A stretch of DNA of 64,000 nucleotides from positions 6,727-70,726 of the forward strand of contig CAKVMJ010000001.1 of NCBI GenBank assembly GCA_934772445.1, read 5' to 3'. A program made the translations under genes and the position numbers. The notes under the pieces were generated by a model that was given only the letters and a program-made list of their open reading frames with translations, ran no database searches and was not told where the DNA came from. This stretch comes from an uncultured Clostridia bacterium. Lineage in GTDB: Bacteria; Bacillota; Clostridia; Christensenellales; UBA1242. This document shows, in pieces, positions 43,352 to 51,062 of this stretch. Position 1 is the first letter of the stretch. Each line of letters starts with the position of its first letter.

Positions 43352-44092
43352 ATGCAAAAAATACTAAGTTTAATGCGCCACGCAATAGATAAATACTCAA
43401 TGATAAAAGAAAATGATAGAATAGCTGTGGGTATTTCTGGAGGAAAAGATAGCCTACTTCTTGCTAAAGCCCTTCAACAATATTCTAAGTTTTCACCTAT
43501 TAAATTTTCAGTTGTTGGAATAACAATTGATATGTTTAACGATAACAATTTTAAAGAAATTGAAGAGTTTTGTAAAGAGAACGAAATTGAATACCATATA
43601 GTGCCATCAAATATTTATGAAACAGTTTTTGAGATTAGAAAAGAAAAAAATCCCTGCTCATTATGTAGTAAATTAAGAAGAGGAATGCTTGTTTCCACTG
43701 CAAAATCTCTAGGTTGCAACAAATTAGCATTAGGTCACACAAAAGATGATATTATTCACACATTCTTTTTAAGTATGATTTACGAGGGCAGATTAAATAG
43801 TTTTGCACCAGTTTCATATTTAGATAGAACAGATATGTATGTTATCCGACCTTTCATATTACTTGATGAAAAATTGATTATCAAGAAAATTCCAACCTTA
43901 CCTGTAAAGAAAAGTAAATGCCCAATGGACAAAACTTCAAAGAGAGAATATGTAAAAACTCTTATAAATAATTTAGAAACAGAAATTCCAATTTCAAAGG
44001 ATAGAATATTTAGAGCAATCATAACACCTGAGAGCTACAACTTATTTGATAAATTTGAAAAACAAATTAAAGATGATTTTGATAAAAAATAA
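43352..44092 (+). CDS. ttcA: tRNA 2-thiocytidine biosynthesis protein TtcA (PP-loop ATPase)
   Basis: Has the PP-loop GISGGKDS, NPCSLCSKLRRGML and LALGHTKDDIIHTFFLSMIYEGRL. These closely resemble the TtcA CSLCSRLRRG and GHHRDD regions. Confidence 0.75.
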   Translation: MQKILSLMRHAIDKYSMIKENDRIAVGISGGKDSLLLAKALQQYSKFSPIKFSVVGITIDMFNDNNFKEIEEFCKENEIEYHIVPSNIYETVFEIRKEKNPCSLCSKLRRGMLVSTAKSLGCNKLALGHTKDDIIHTFFLSMIYEGRLNSFAPVSYLDRTDMYVIRPFILLDEKLIIKKIPTLPVKKSKCPMDKTSKREYVKTLINNLETEIPISKDRIFRAIITPESYNLFDKFEKQIKDDFDKK

Positions 44093-44142
44093 AAATACCT
44101 GTATAAAGAACCTTTAAAAGTTCTTTAACTACAGGATTTTTT
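44091..44142. terminator. bidirectional terminator between ttcA and spoIIID
   Basis: CCTGTA (44098-44103) pairs with TACAGG (44130-44135). This encloses an inner AAAGAAC/GTTCTTT hairpin. A-run upstream and T-run downstream. Overlaps the last codons of spoIIID. Confidence 0.65.
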
Positions 44143-44376
44143 ATTCTCCAAATAAGCAAGCCTTGTTGCTTCCCCACCCCGAATATGTTTTTCATTAAAA
44201 TTTTTAATGAGAATTTTTTGTACTTTTTTATATAGCTTTTTATTTATAAACTGAAGTTTGTTTGAAACATCGTTATGAACCGTACTTTTACTAACATTAA
44301 AAAACTTTGCAGTTTTTCTTATAGTTGATTGAGTTTTTATTATATATTTTGCAAAAATTTCCGCCCTTTGAAACAT
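44125..44376 (-). CDS. spoIIID: sporulation transcriptional regulator SpoIIID
   Basis: VSKSTVHNDV HTH and HIRGGEATRLAY match B. subtilis SpoIIID (VSKSTVHKDL, HLRGGEATKLKY). ATG 44376 follows GGAGG by 5 nt. The track start at 44388 is a TTG extension. Confidence 0.85.
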   Translation of the reverse strand: MFQRAEIFAKYIIKTQSTIRKTAKFFNVSKSTVHNDVSNKLQFINKKLYKKVQKILIKNFNEKHIRGGEATRLAYLENKKSCS

Positions 44377-44406
44377 AAACACCTCCAAGCGTTTTTAAGA
44401 TATTTA

Positions 44407-44423
44407 TGTCGAAAATTGCGAAA
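44407..44423 (+). promoter_or_regulatory. Spo0A-box-like site upstream of spoIIID
   Basis: A perfect TGTCGAA heptamer lies at 44407-44413. A degenerate TTGCGAA (5/7) starts 10 bp later. The site is about 30 bp upstream of the spoIIID start codon. Confidence 0.3.
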
Positions 44424-44479
44424 ATAGAACAAAAAATACGACAATCTGCCGTATTTTTCTATTAAACTTATTTATTTTC

Positions 44480-44731
44480 TTATTTATCTTCTTTTTTATC
44501 TTCTTTTTTATCCTTGCCAACAATATTAATAATATCATCAACGGTTTTGATTTTAACAGCTTCTTCATCAGAAACAGTTACTCCAAATTCATCTTCCAAT
44601 GTCATCAATAATTCAACCACATCAAGAGAATCTGCACCTAAATCATCAACGATTCTACTTTCTCTCTTAATTAATTCTGGTTTTAAGTTTAATTGTAAAG
44701 ACAATAATTCTCTAATTTTTTCAAAATCCAT
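44480..44731 (-). CDS. acpP: acyl carrier protein
   Basis: LGADSLDVVELLMTLEDEFG contains the phosphopantetheine-attachment DSL motif. ATG 44731 follows GGAGGA. Has a Lys/Glu/Asp-rich C-terminal tail. Confidence 0.9.
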   Translation of the reverse strand: MDFEKIRELLSLQLNLKPELIKRESRIVDDLGADSLDVVELLMTLEDEFGVTVSDEEAVKIKTVDDIINIVGKDKKEDKKEDK

Positions 44732-44818
44732 TTTAATCCTCCACAAAATTTACTTGTCGTTATGGATAGTATAATAAATATTATCTTTTTTGTAAAGCAA
44801 TTTTTTAAAATTATAAAT

Positions 44819-45412
44819 TTATTTTGAAGATAAAGTTAAATATGCATTAGGGTCAATCTTTTTACCATTCTCATCTAAGGTTGCAAAATGAAGATATGAG
44901 CCAATACCACATTCCCTATAAGCAGATTCAGAAGCAACGCCAATAATATCACCTTTAGAAACTGAATCACCAATCTTCACTTTAACATTATCACCTAAAG
45001 AACCATAACTAGTTTTTAAACCATTAGCGTGTTGGATTACAACAACATTGCCTTCAAGATAGTTACTATAAACATCAGCAACCACACCATCTAAAACAGC
45101 ATAAACATTCATATTAGAAGATGCTAAGAAATCAATAGCCTTATGCGCTTCAAATTGTTTTAATGTTTCATTATAAACAAGTTCGCTTCCATTATAATCT
45201 TTATAAATTGAAGCATCAAGCATAGGCAAGCAGAATGTGATTTGACTATTAACTTGTTCTTGTTTTCCCCCTTGTGGTTTATTACTTGGTTTTAATGTTG
45301 CACTTAAAATTATAACTAATGTTAAAAGTGCCAATCCTGATAGAATTGCAATTAAGTAACCATATCTACTAAAAAATTCTTTCATCTTTTGTTTTGTTGA
45401 ATAATTTTGCAT
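44819..45412 (-). CDS. membrane-anchored M23/LytM-domain protein (SpoIIQ-like candidate)
   Basis: N-terminal TM helix (YGYLIAILSGLALLTLVIILSATL) and an M23 core (AHKAIDF ... VVVIQHANGLKTSYGSL ... SYLHFA). ATG 45412 follows GGGAGGAG by 7 nt. The track start at 45472 is an extension. Confidence 0.7.
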   Translation of the reverse strand: MQNYSTKQKMKEFFSRYGYLIAILSGLALLTLVIILSATLKPSNKPQGGKQEQVNSQITFCLPMLDASIYKDYNGSELVYNETLKQFEAHKAIDFLASSNMNVYAVLDGVVADVYSNYLEGNVVVIQHANGLKTSYGSLGDNVKVKIGDSVSKGDIIGVASESAYRECGIGSYLHFATLDENGKKIDPNAYLTLSSK

Positions 45413-45484
45413 TTTAAAACTCCTCCCTTTCAAGTTTTCAAAATCATTTCCAATAAAAATTTTTTTAAACATATTTTTTTAAAA

Positions 45485-45946
45485 TTAATAAGATGACATA
45501 ATGCAAGGATAACCTAACACAACCTTATTTTCAGATACAACAATTTGAATATTAAATTTCCCCTTATCTGTATTTAGTATTTTAGATAATTTAAAATCAT
45601 ATAAATAATATAAAGTTAAATTTTCAACTCTTTCCATAAATACAATTTTTTTATCACTTAAAAAATTTTTTATATTAAAACAACTCTTTTGAAAATAAAA
45701 ATTTTCACTTAACCTATCTTCATTTTTTATTAATTCAAGTTCATCAATATCTTTAATTTTTACCATATTAAAATTGCCACATTTTTGAGTGTTTAAATTA
45801 TCATAATCTTGATATGTAAAAACAATTATTTGAGAACAATTTTCTTTTTCAAATTCAATTAATCTATCAATGAAAACCGTTCCACCACTACCAGCAAATA
45901 TAACTATTAAAATTAAAAATAATATCAAAAAAATCTTTTTCATCAT
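45485..45946 (-). CDS. hypothetical secreted or membrane-anchored protein
   Basis: MMKKIFLILFLILIVIFAGSGG is a signal-like N-terminus. No recognisable domain. The start is uncertain and no good SD is visible. Confidence 0.4.
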   Translation of the reverse strand: MMKKIFLILFLILIVIFAGSGGTVFIDRLIEFEKENCSQIIVFTYQDYDNLNTQKCGNFNMVKIKDIDELELIKNEDRLSENFYFQKSCFNIKNFLSDKKIVFMERVENLTLYYLYDFKLSKILNTDKGKFNIQIVVSENKVVLGYPCIMSSY

Positions 45947-45997
45947 TAAAATATTGCCATTTTTTAATAAAAAATACATTCTATTATTAAATTGGAT

Positions 45998-46072
45998 TAT
46001 TGTCAGCATTATATTGAGAAATTGTCATAAATTAATAAATAATTGTCATATAATTATTAATAAATGACAATT
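45998..46072. promoter_or_regulatory. phased ATTGTCAT motif array (3 direct copies plus 1 inverted) in the divergent region upstream of yabP
   Basis: TGTCA cores at 46001, 46023 and 46044, and an inverted TGACA at 46065. Spacing is 22/21/21 bp. Includes CATAAATTA and CATATAAT, which resemble mother-cell sigma-factor -10 elements. Confidence 0.4.
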
Positions 46073-46090
46073 AATAGGAGTTTTAATAAT

Positions 46091-46378
46091 ATGGAAAAAA
46101 CTATTATTTTAAATAAAAACGAGCAAGTTCCACATAATTCAAATATAATTTTAAACAATAGAAAAACCTTAAACTTAACAGGTGTTGATGAAGTGATAAG
46201 CAGTAATGAAAATAATATTTACCTAAAAGTTTCTGGAGTTAAATTGCAAATTTTAGGCTCTAATATAACCATTACAAAATTAGATACAGACAACCATATT
46301 TTAGAGGCCACTGGAATGTTTGATTCATTAAAATTTATGCAACCAAATGAAAGATTTTTTAAAAGGATTTTCAAATGA
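46091..46378 (+). CDS. yabP: sporulation protein YabP
   Basis: NRKTLNLTGVDEVISS and C-terminal FFKRIFK match B. subtilis YabP (RRHLDITGVNHVESF ... FFSKLFK). ATG 46091 lies after TAGGAG. Confidence 0.8.
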   Translation: MEKTIILNKNEQVPHNSNIILNNRKTLNLTGVDEVISSNENNIYLKVSGVKLQILGSNITITKLDTDNHILEATGMFDSLKFMQPNERFFKRIFK

Positions 46379-46743
46379 CAATAATTGAATTTTCTCAATT
46401 TTCTCAGTTTATTTATTTCTTACTTGCAGGTATTTTAGCAAGCTTAATTTTAGTTACCAGCCATCAATTATTAGGTTTTATTTTTAGTAGGAAATATATT
46501 TTTTTAGTATTAGATATAATTGTACTTTTGCTATTTACAGCCTATTATATCTACCTTGTAAATATTGTTTTTTATGGAGAAATTAGAATATATTCCCTAC
46601 TTGCATTTATATTAGGCATAACAATTGAGCTTATAACTTTTAGAAAATTGTTTGGCTTTTTACTTAAAAGAGGTTATAATATATTTAGAAATTTAAAAGA
46701 AAAATTTAAAGATAATAGATTTTTTAAATTCATTTCTAAATAG
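46375..46743 (+). CDS. yabQ: spore cortex biosynthesis protein YabQ-like membrane protein
   Basis: Four predicted TM helices and a 4-nt overlap with yabP. Shows the conserved yabP-yabQ-divIC synteny. Confidence 0.6.
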   Translation: MTIIEFSQFSQFIYFLLAGILASLILVTSHQLLGFIFSRKYIFLVLDIIVLLLFTAYYIYLVNIVFYGEIRIYSLLAFILGITIELITFRKLFGFLLKRGYNIFRNLKEKFKDNRFFKFISK

Positions 46744-46755
46744 GAGATTTAAGTT

Positions 46756-47028
46756 TTGGAAAATAAGAAAACAACGAAAATAATTGTTATAATTTCAATA
46801 TGTTTAGTATTTGTACTAGCAATTATTTTAACTTGTCAATTTGTTAAAATTAATAATTTGAAATCTACTAGAACAAGATTAGAAACAACTTATTCCGAGC
46901 TTCAAACTAAAATAACAGATAAAGCAAACCAAAACGAATTACTTTCAAACGATTCGGCCTTAGAAGATTACGCACACGGTGCTTTGAACTATGGAAAAGA
47001 TGATGAATTGTGGTTTTCCGGAAAATAA
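46756..47028 (+). CDS. divIC: septum formation initiator (DivIC/FtsB family)
   Basis: 90 aa with an N-terminal TM helix and then a coiled coil. TTG start lies 9 nt after AGGAG. Conserved position after yabQ. Confidence 0.6.
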   Translation: MENKKTTKIIVIISICLVFVLAIILTCQFVKINNLKSTRTRLETTYSELQTKITDKANQNELLSNDSALEDYAHGALNYGKDDELWFSGK

Positions 47029-47089
47029 AAAATAGGTAACAATATTTCTATCAAAGGTTTATTAGTTACCTATTTTTTTATTTTGATTA
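47027..47089 (+). terminator. rho-independent terminator after divIC
   Basis: ATAGGTAAC (47032-47040) pairs with GTTACCTAT (47075-47083), followed by a T-run. The loop is long (34 nt). Confidence 0.55.
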
Positions 47090-47338
47090 ATGTTAATAAA
47101 AACATAATTAAATTATTTTATTAGATTATAATTTAGACTTTCTATTATAAAGATAGAAAAATATTTAAACATAATTTCATAAAGATAAATACTTTATATT
47201 TTTTTATTAAAAATATAACATTAAATCTAAAAAATTAAAAGTTAATGAATATAAATGAATTTATTAAAACACAGTTAAAATAAAAAAATTGATATAGCTT
47301 AAACTATACCAACTTCCCCCTTTTATAATCTATCATTA

Positions 47339-47596
47339 TTAGAACAAATCTCTTCCGCCGAATCTATCATAGAAATCTCTTGAAGAACGAACAGAGAAAT
47401 CATCTTCATAATCATTGTTTCTTTGAGCTTCAATCTTACTTGATGAATTATCTTCTCTAACTGGTTCTTCCCCCCTACTAAGAATATCTATTCTAGCTTT
47501 TAATTCTTCTTCAGCTTTGATCTCACGCACATTTTCTTTATAGCGTGCCTTTGTCCAGCTTAATAATTTTGAAAAGAATTTATTTTCTTCTCCCAT
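47339..47596 (-). CDS. small acidic hypothetical protein (85 aa)
   Basis: GGGGGT Shine-Dalgarno before the ATG. A TTGACA-N16-TATACT promoter lies upstream. Charged, low-complexity sequence. Confidence 0.5.
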   Translation of the reverse strand: MGEENKFFSKLLSWTKARYKENVREIKAEEELKARIDILSRGEEPVREDNSSSKIEAQRNNDYEDDFSVRSSRDFYDRFGGRDLF

Positions 47597-47627
47597 TAAT
47601 CTCTACCCCCTGTTTTTAGATTATGGT

Positions 47628-47655
47628 AGTATATCAAAAAAAAATTATTTGTCAA
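47628..47655 (-). promoter_or_regulatory. sigma-A-type promoter for the 85-aa ORF
   Basis: Minus strand reads TTGACA (47655..47650), a 16-nt spacer, then TATACT (47633..47628). Confidence 0.55.
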
Positions 47656-47846
47656 TACTTTTTTTTAAATTTTTTAAAAAATTTTTAATTTTTTTTATTT
47701 ACCTAAAATCACCTATTATTTTTCGATTTTTTTATCCAATTTTCTCCAAATTTTTCAAAATCAAATTAAGCTATTTTTAAATTAAAACCACCAAATCTTG
47801 TTTATAAAATGTTTATAACTCTTGCAATCAAAATTCAATAACAAAC

Positions 47847-47881
47847 AAAAAAACTGGTAAGAAATTTCCTTCTAAACCAGT
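47847..47881 (-). terminator. terminator after tRNA-Met
   Basis: ACTGGT (47853-47858) pairs with ACCAGT (47876-47881), with additional inner pairing. A T-run follows on the minus strand (plus-strand A-run 47847-47853). Confidence 0.6.
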
Positions 47882-47889
47882 TTATAATT

Positions 47890-47966
<77 letters not shown>

Positions 47967-47984
47967 ATATCAATTAACATATCA

Positions 47985-48013
47985 ATAATACATCATTTTT
48001 TTATGTTTGTCAA
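47985..48013 (-). promoter_or_regulatory. sigma-A-type promoter for tRNA-Met
   Basis: Minus strand reads TTGACA (48013..48008), a 17-nt spacer, then TATTAT (47990..47985). The tRNA 5' end lies about 19 nt downstream of the -10. Confidence 0.6.
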
Positions 48014-48121
48014 TAGTTTTAAGCGATAATATTAAAAATATGTTAATCATTCATTAATTAATGTTCCACCAAATAAGTAATGATATATTATATTAATCTA
48101 ATGTAAAAATTATTACACAAA

Positions 48122-48295
48122 TTAATTCATTTTAAAATCTTCTTGATTTTTTTCCATATCAGTTTCAGTTTCAGCAGAAACACCATCTTGTCTCAATCTC
48201 ATTCTATAATCATTAATTTCAACATTAATTGCATAGAATAAAATTCCAAATACCAATAATCCAATTATAAAATAAATAAACCTTTTCGCACTCAT
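48122..48295 (-). CDS. small single-TM membrane protein (57 aa)
   Basis: MSAKRFIYFIIGLLVFGILFYAINV. ATG 48295 follows GGAGGA by 8 nt. A perfect consensus promoter lies upstream. Confidence 0.5.
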   Translation of the reverse strand: MSAKRFIYFIIGLLVFGILFYAINVEINDYRMRLRQDGVSAETETDMEKNQEDFKMN

Positions 48296-48321
48296 TTCCT
48301 TATCCTCCATCAAGTTTTTTA

Positions 48322-48350
48322 ATTATACCAAGTTTTTAAATTTTTGTCAA
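48322..48350 (-). promoter_or_regulatory. sigma-A-type promoter for the 57-aa ORF
   Basis: Minus strand reads TTGACA (48350..48345), a 17-nt spacer, then TATAAT (48327..48322). Confidence 0.65.
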
Positions 48351-48419
48351 TACCTTAATTTTTCATATTTTATAAACAAATAATTATATTTTTATTTACC
48401 TTAACCATAATTAAATAAT

Positions 48420-48448
48420 TTGACAATAACTTGGAATAATCATACAAT
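48420..48448 (+). promoter_or_regulatory. sigma-A-type promoter for pepF-tmk
   Basis: TTGACA (48420-48425), a 17-nt spacer, then TACAAT (48443-48448). AAAGGAG Shine-Dalgarno lies before the ATG at 48474. Confidence 0.65.
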
Positions 48449-48473
48449 ATTAGTATATTAAAAGGAGCATAAA

Positions 48474-50249
48474 ATGGTTGCAAGAAAAGACATAGATAAC
48501 AAGTATAAATGGAATTTATCACCTATATTCAAATCCGATGAAGAAGTTTATAAAAGCTTAGAAAATTTAAAACCTTCACTTCAGGTTCTTAAAAATTTCA
48601 AAGGAAAACTTGGAAATAAAAAAGATTTTTTAGACTTTTTAGAATTAGAAAACAAAATCAGTTTAGAATTCGAAAGAATTGGAGTTTACGCGTTTCTAAA
48701 ACATTCTGAGAATTTAGAAGAAACAAAATATGTTGAAATGAACAATATCATTGATGCTGTTGCACACAAATTTGAGGTTGAAACATCTTTTGTTGAGCCA
48801 GAACTTTCAAATCTTGATGAAAACATATTAAATTCTTACTTAAACGATGCTAATTTTAAAGATTACCACCTATCAATTAAAGAAATTATTAGAAACAAAC
48901 CTCATATTTTAAGCGAGCAAGAAGAAACTTTAATTTCATCTGTTAGTAAGTTCGCAGGTGAATTTTCTGAGATTTTTGATATGTTTGATTGTGTTGATAT
49001 AAAATTTAATGATGCTATAAATTCCAACAATGAGAAAACACCACTAACCAGTGCAAATTTCTCCCTACTTCTTGAAAATAAAGATAGAAATTTAAGAGAA
49101 AGCACTTTCAAAAATTATTACAAATCATTTATAGATATGAGCAATACCATTGCAACGAACTATATTGCAAATGTTAAAAAAGATGTTGTTTTCACAAAAC
49201 TTTACAAGCACAACTCCACTTTAGAACAAAGTTTATTTGGCGGAAATATTGATAAGAAAGTTTATAACAACCTAATTAAGAATGTGGAATTAAATACCCC
49301 TCTTCTTCATAAATATTATGAATTAAAAAAGAAAATTTTAAAATTAGATAAGTTTGAATACTATGATTCTTATGTTTCTATATCAGATTTTGAAAAGAAC
49401 TATTCTTTTGAAGAAAGTGTTGAAACTGTAAAACAAGCTTTGAAACCAATGAGCGAAAATTATGTTCAATTAGTGGATAAAGCATTAAAGGAAAATTGGA
49501 TTGATGTTTTCCCAACAAAAGGAAAAGAAACTGGCGCTTATTCCATTGGACTATACGGCGTACATCCTTATGTTCTTTTAAATGATGTTGGAAACCTAAA
49601 TAGCGTATTTACGCTTATTCACGAGCTTGGCCACGCTTTCCATTCTTACTATTCAGATTCTTCGCAACCATACGAATTATCCAACTACCCTATCTTTTTA
49701 GCCGAAATAGCCAGCACTACAAATGAAGTTTTCTTAATTAAATATTTATATAAAAATGCAAAGTCCACAAATGAAAAGATTTACTACTTGGATAAATATT
49801 TATCAATGTTTAAAAGCACAATATTTAGGCAAACAATGTTTAGTGAGTTTGAAGATTATGCTCATAACCTAATCGAAAATGATGAAGCCATATCCAAAGA
49901 AAAACTTAATAAATACTATGGCGAACTAAATAAAAGGTATCACGGCAACTCAATAGAACATTGCAATGAAATAGAATATGAATGGCTTAGAATTCCACAT
50001 TTTTACAACAGTTATTATGTATATAAATATGCCACTGGCCTAGTTTCAGCTATAAACATTGCAAATAGCATTTTAAATAACGAACCTTCAGCGTTAGATA
50101 ACTATATGAAGTTTTTAAAATCTGGTGGCAGTGACTACCCTACCAACATCTTGGAAAATAGCGGTGTTGATTTGAAAACAGATAAACCTTATGAAGTTGC
50201 ATTTAACGAAATGAAATGGGCTTTAAACGAATTGGAAAAATTAATTTAA
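48474..50249 (+). CDS. pepF: oligoendopeptidase F (M3B family)
   Basis: 591 aa with the HEXXH zinc site in FTLIHELGHAFHSYY, downstream LAEIASTTNE, and family-typical N-terminal KWNLSPIF. Confidence 0.85.
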   Translation: MVARKDIDNKYKWNLSPIFKSDEEVYKSLENLKPSLQVLKNFKGKLGNKKDFLDFLELENKISLEFERIGVYAFLKHSENLEETKYVEMNNIIDAVAHKFEVETSFVEPELSNLDENILNSYLNDANFKDYHLSIKEIIRNKPHILSEQEETLISSVSKFAGEFSEIFDMFDCVDIKFNDAINSNNEKTPLTSANFSLLLENKDRNLRESTFKNYYKSFIDMSNTIATNYIANVKKDVVFTKLYKHNSTLEQSLFGGNIDKKVYNNLIKNVELNTPLLHKYYELKKKILKLDKFEYYDSYVSISDFEKNYSFEESVETVKQALKPMSENYVQLVDKALKENWIDVFPTKGKETGAYSIGLYGVHPYVLLNDVGNLNSVFTLIHELGHAFHSYYSDSSQPYELSNYPIFLAEIASTTNEVFLIKYLYKNAKSTNEKIYYLDKYLSMFKSTIFRQTMFSEFEDYAHNLIENDEAISKEKLNKYYGELNKRYHGNSIEHCNEIEYEWLRIPHFYNSYYVYKYATGLVSAINIANSILNNEPSALDNYMKFLKSGGSDYPTNILENSGVDLKTDKPYEVAFNEMKWALNELEKLI

Positions 50250-50264
50250 TTGGAGTTTTAAAAG

Positions 50265-50936
50265 ATGAATAAGATTATTACAATAGAAGGAACTGATTGT
50301 TCAGGAAAACAAACGCAAAGTGATTTGCTTTTAGAAAGATTAAGAAAAGATGGATATAAGCTATTTAAAACATCTTTTCCTCAATACGAAACACCAACAG
50401 GAAGAATTATTGGAGAATGTTTGTTAGGCAAAGGTAGAGAACACTCCTACTTCCCTGAAAATATTACAACAGTAAATCCTAAAGTGGTTGGCTTATACTA
50501 TGCAGCAGATAGATTATATAACATAGATAAAATAAATGAAGCATTAAAAGATTCAAATGTTATATTAGATAGATATGTGGATAGCAATTTAGCACACCAA
50601 GGTGGAAAAATAAAAGACAAAGAAAAAAGAGAAGAGATTTACAAATTCTTTGAAACTCTTGAACACGAATTTTTAAAACTACCTAAACCAGATATTAAAA
50701 TATTATTATTTATGCCTCACGAATATAGTTTAATTTTAAGGAAAAATCGTTCGGAAGCATTAGATGAAGTGGAAAGGAATGAGGAACATTTAAAATCCTC
50801 CGAAATTGCCTACTTAGAGATTGCTCAAAGACATAATTATAAGATTATAAACTGCGTGGAAAACGGAAATATTAGAACCATTGAAGATATAAATAACGAA
50901 CTTTATAACTATGTCAAATCTCAATTAGAAAAATAA
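50265..50936 (+). CDS. tmk: dTMP (thymidylate) kinase
   Basis: P-loop ITIEGTDCSGKQTQ and a DRY-like motif (LDRYVDSNLAHQG); 223 aa. Confidence 0.8.
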   Translation: MNKIITIEGTDCSGKQTQSDLLLERLRKDGYKLFKTSFPQYETPTGRIIGECLLGKGREHSYFPENITTVNPKVVGLYYAADRLYNIDKINEALKDSNVILDRYVDSNLAHQGGKIKDKEKREEIYKFFETLEHEFLKLPKPDIKILLFMPHEYSLILRKNRSEALDEVERNEEHLKSSEIAYLEIAQRHNYKIINCVENGNIRTIEDINNELYNYVKSQLEK

Positions 50937-50970
50937 TAAATAAACTAAATTGTTAAATTATATAACAAAC

Positions 50971-51004
50971 AAAAAAGCAAGCAGAATTATCTGCTTGCTT
51001 TTTC
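50971..51004. terminator. bidirectional terminator between tmk and the GLUG lipoprotein gene
   Basis: AGCAAGCAG (50976-50984) pairs with CTGCTTGCT (50991-50999). A-run upstream and T-run downstream. Confidence 0.7.
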
Positions 51005-51062
51005 TATAAACTAAATTATAAACTATTTATCAACTAATTTTTAGAAGTTGTTGCCGATCTAA

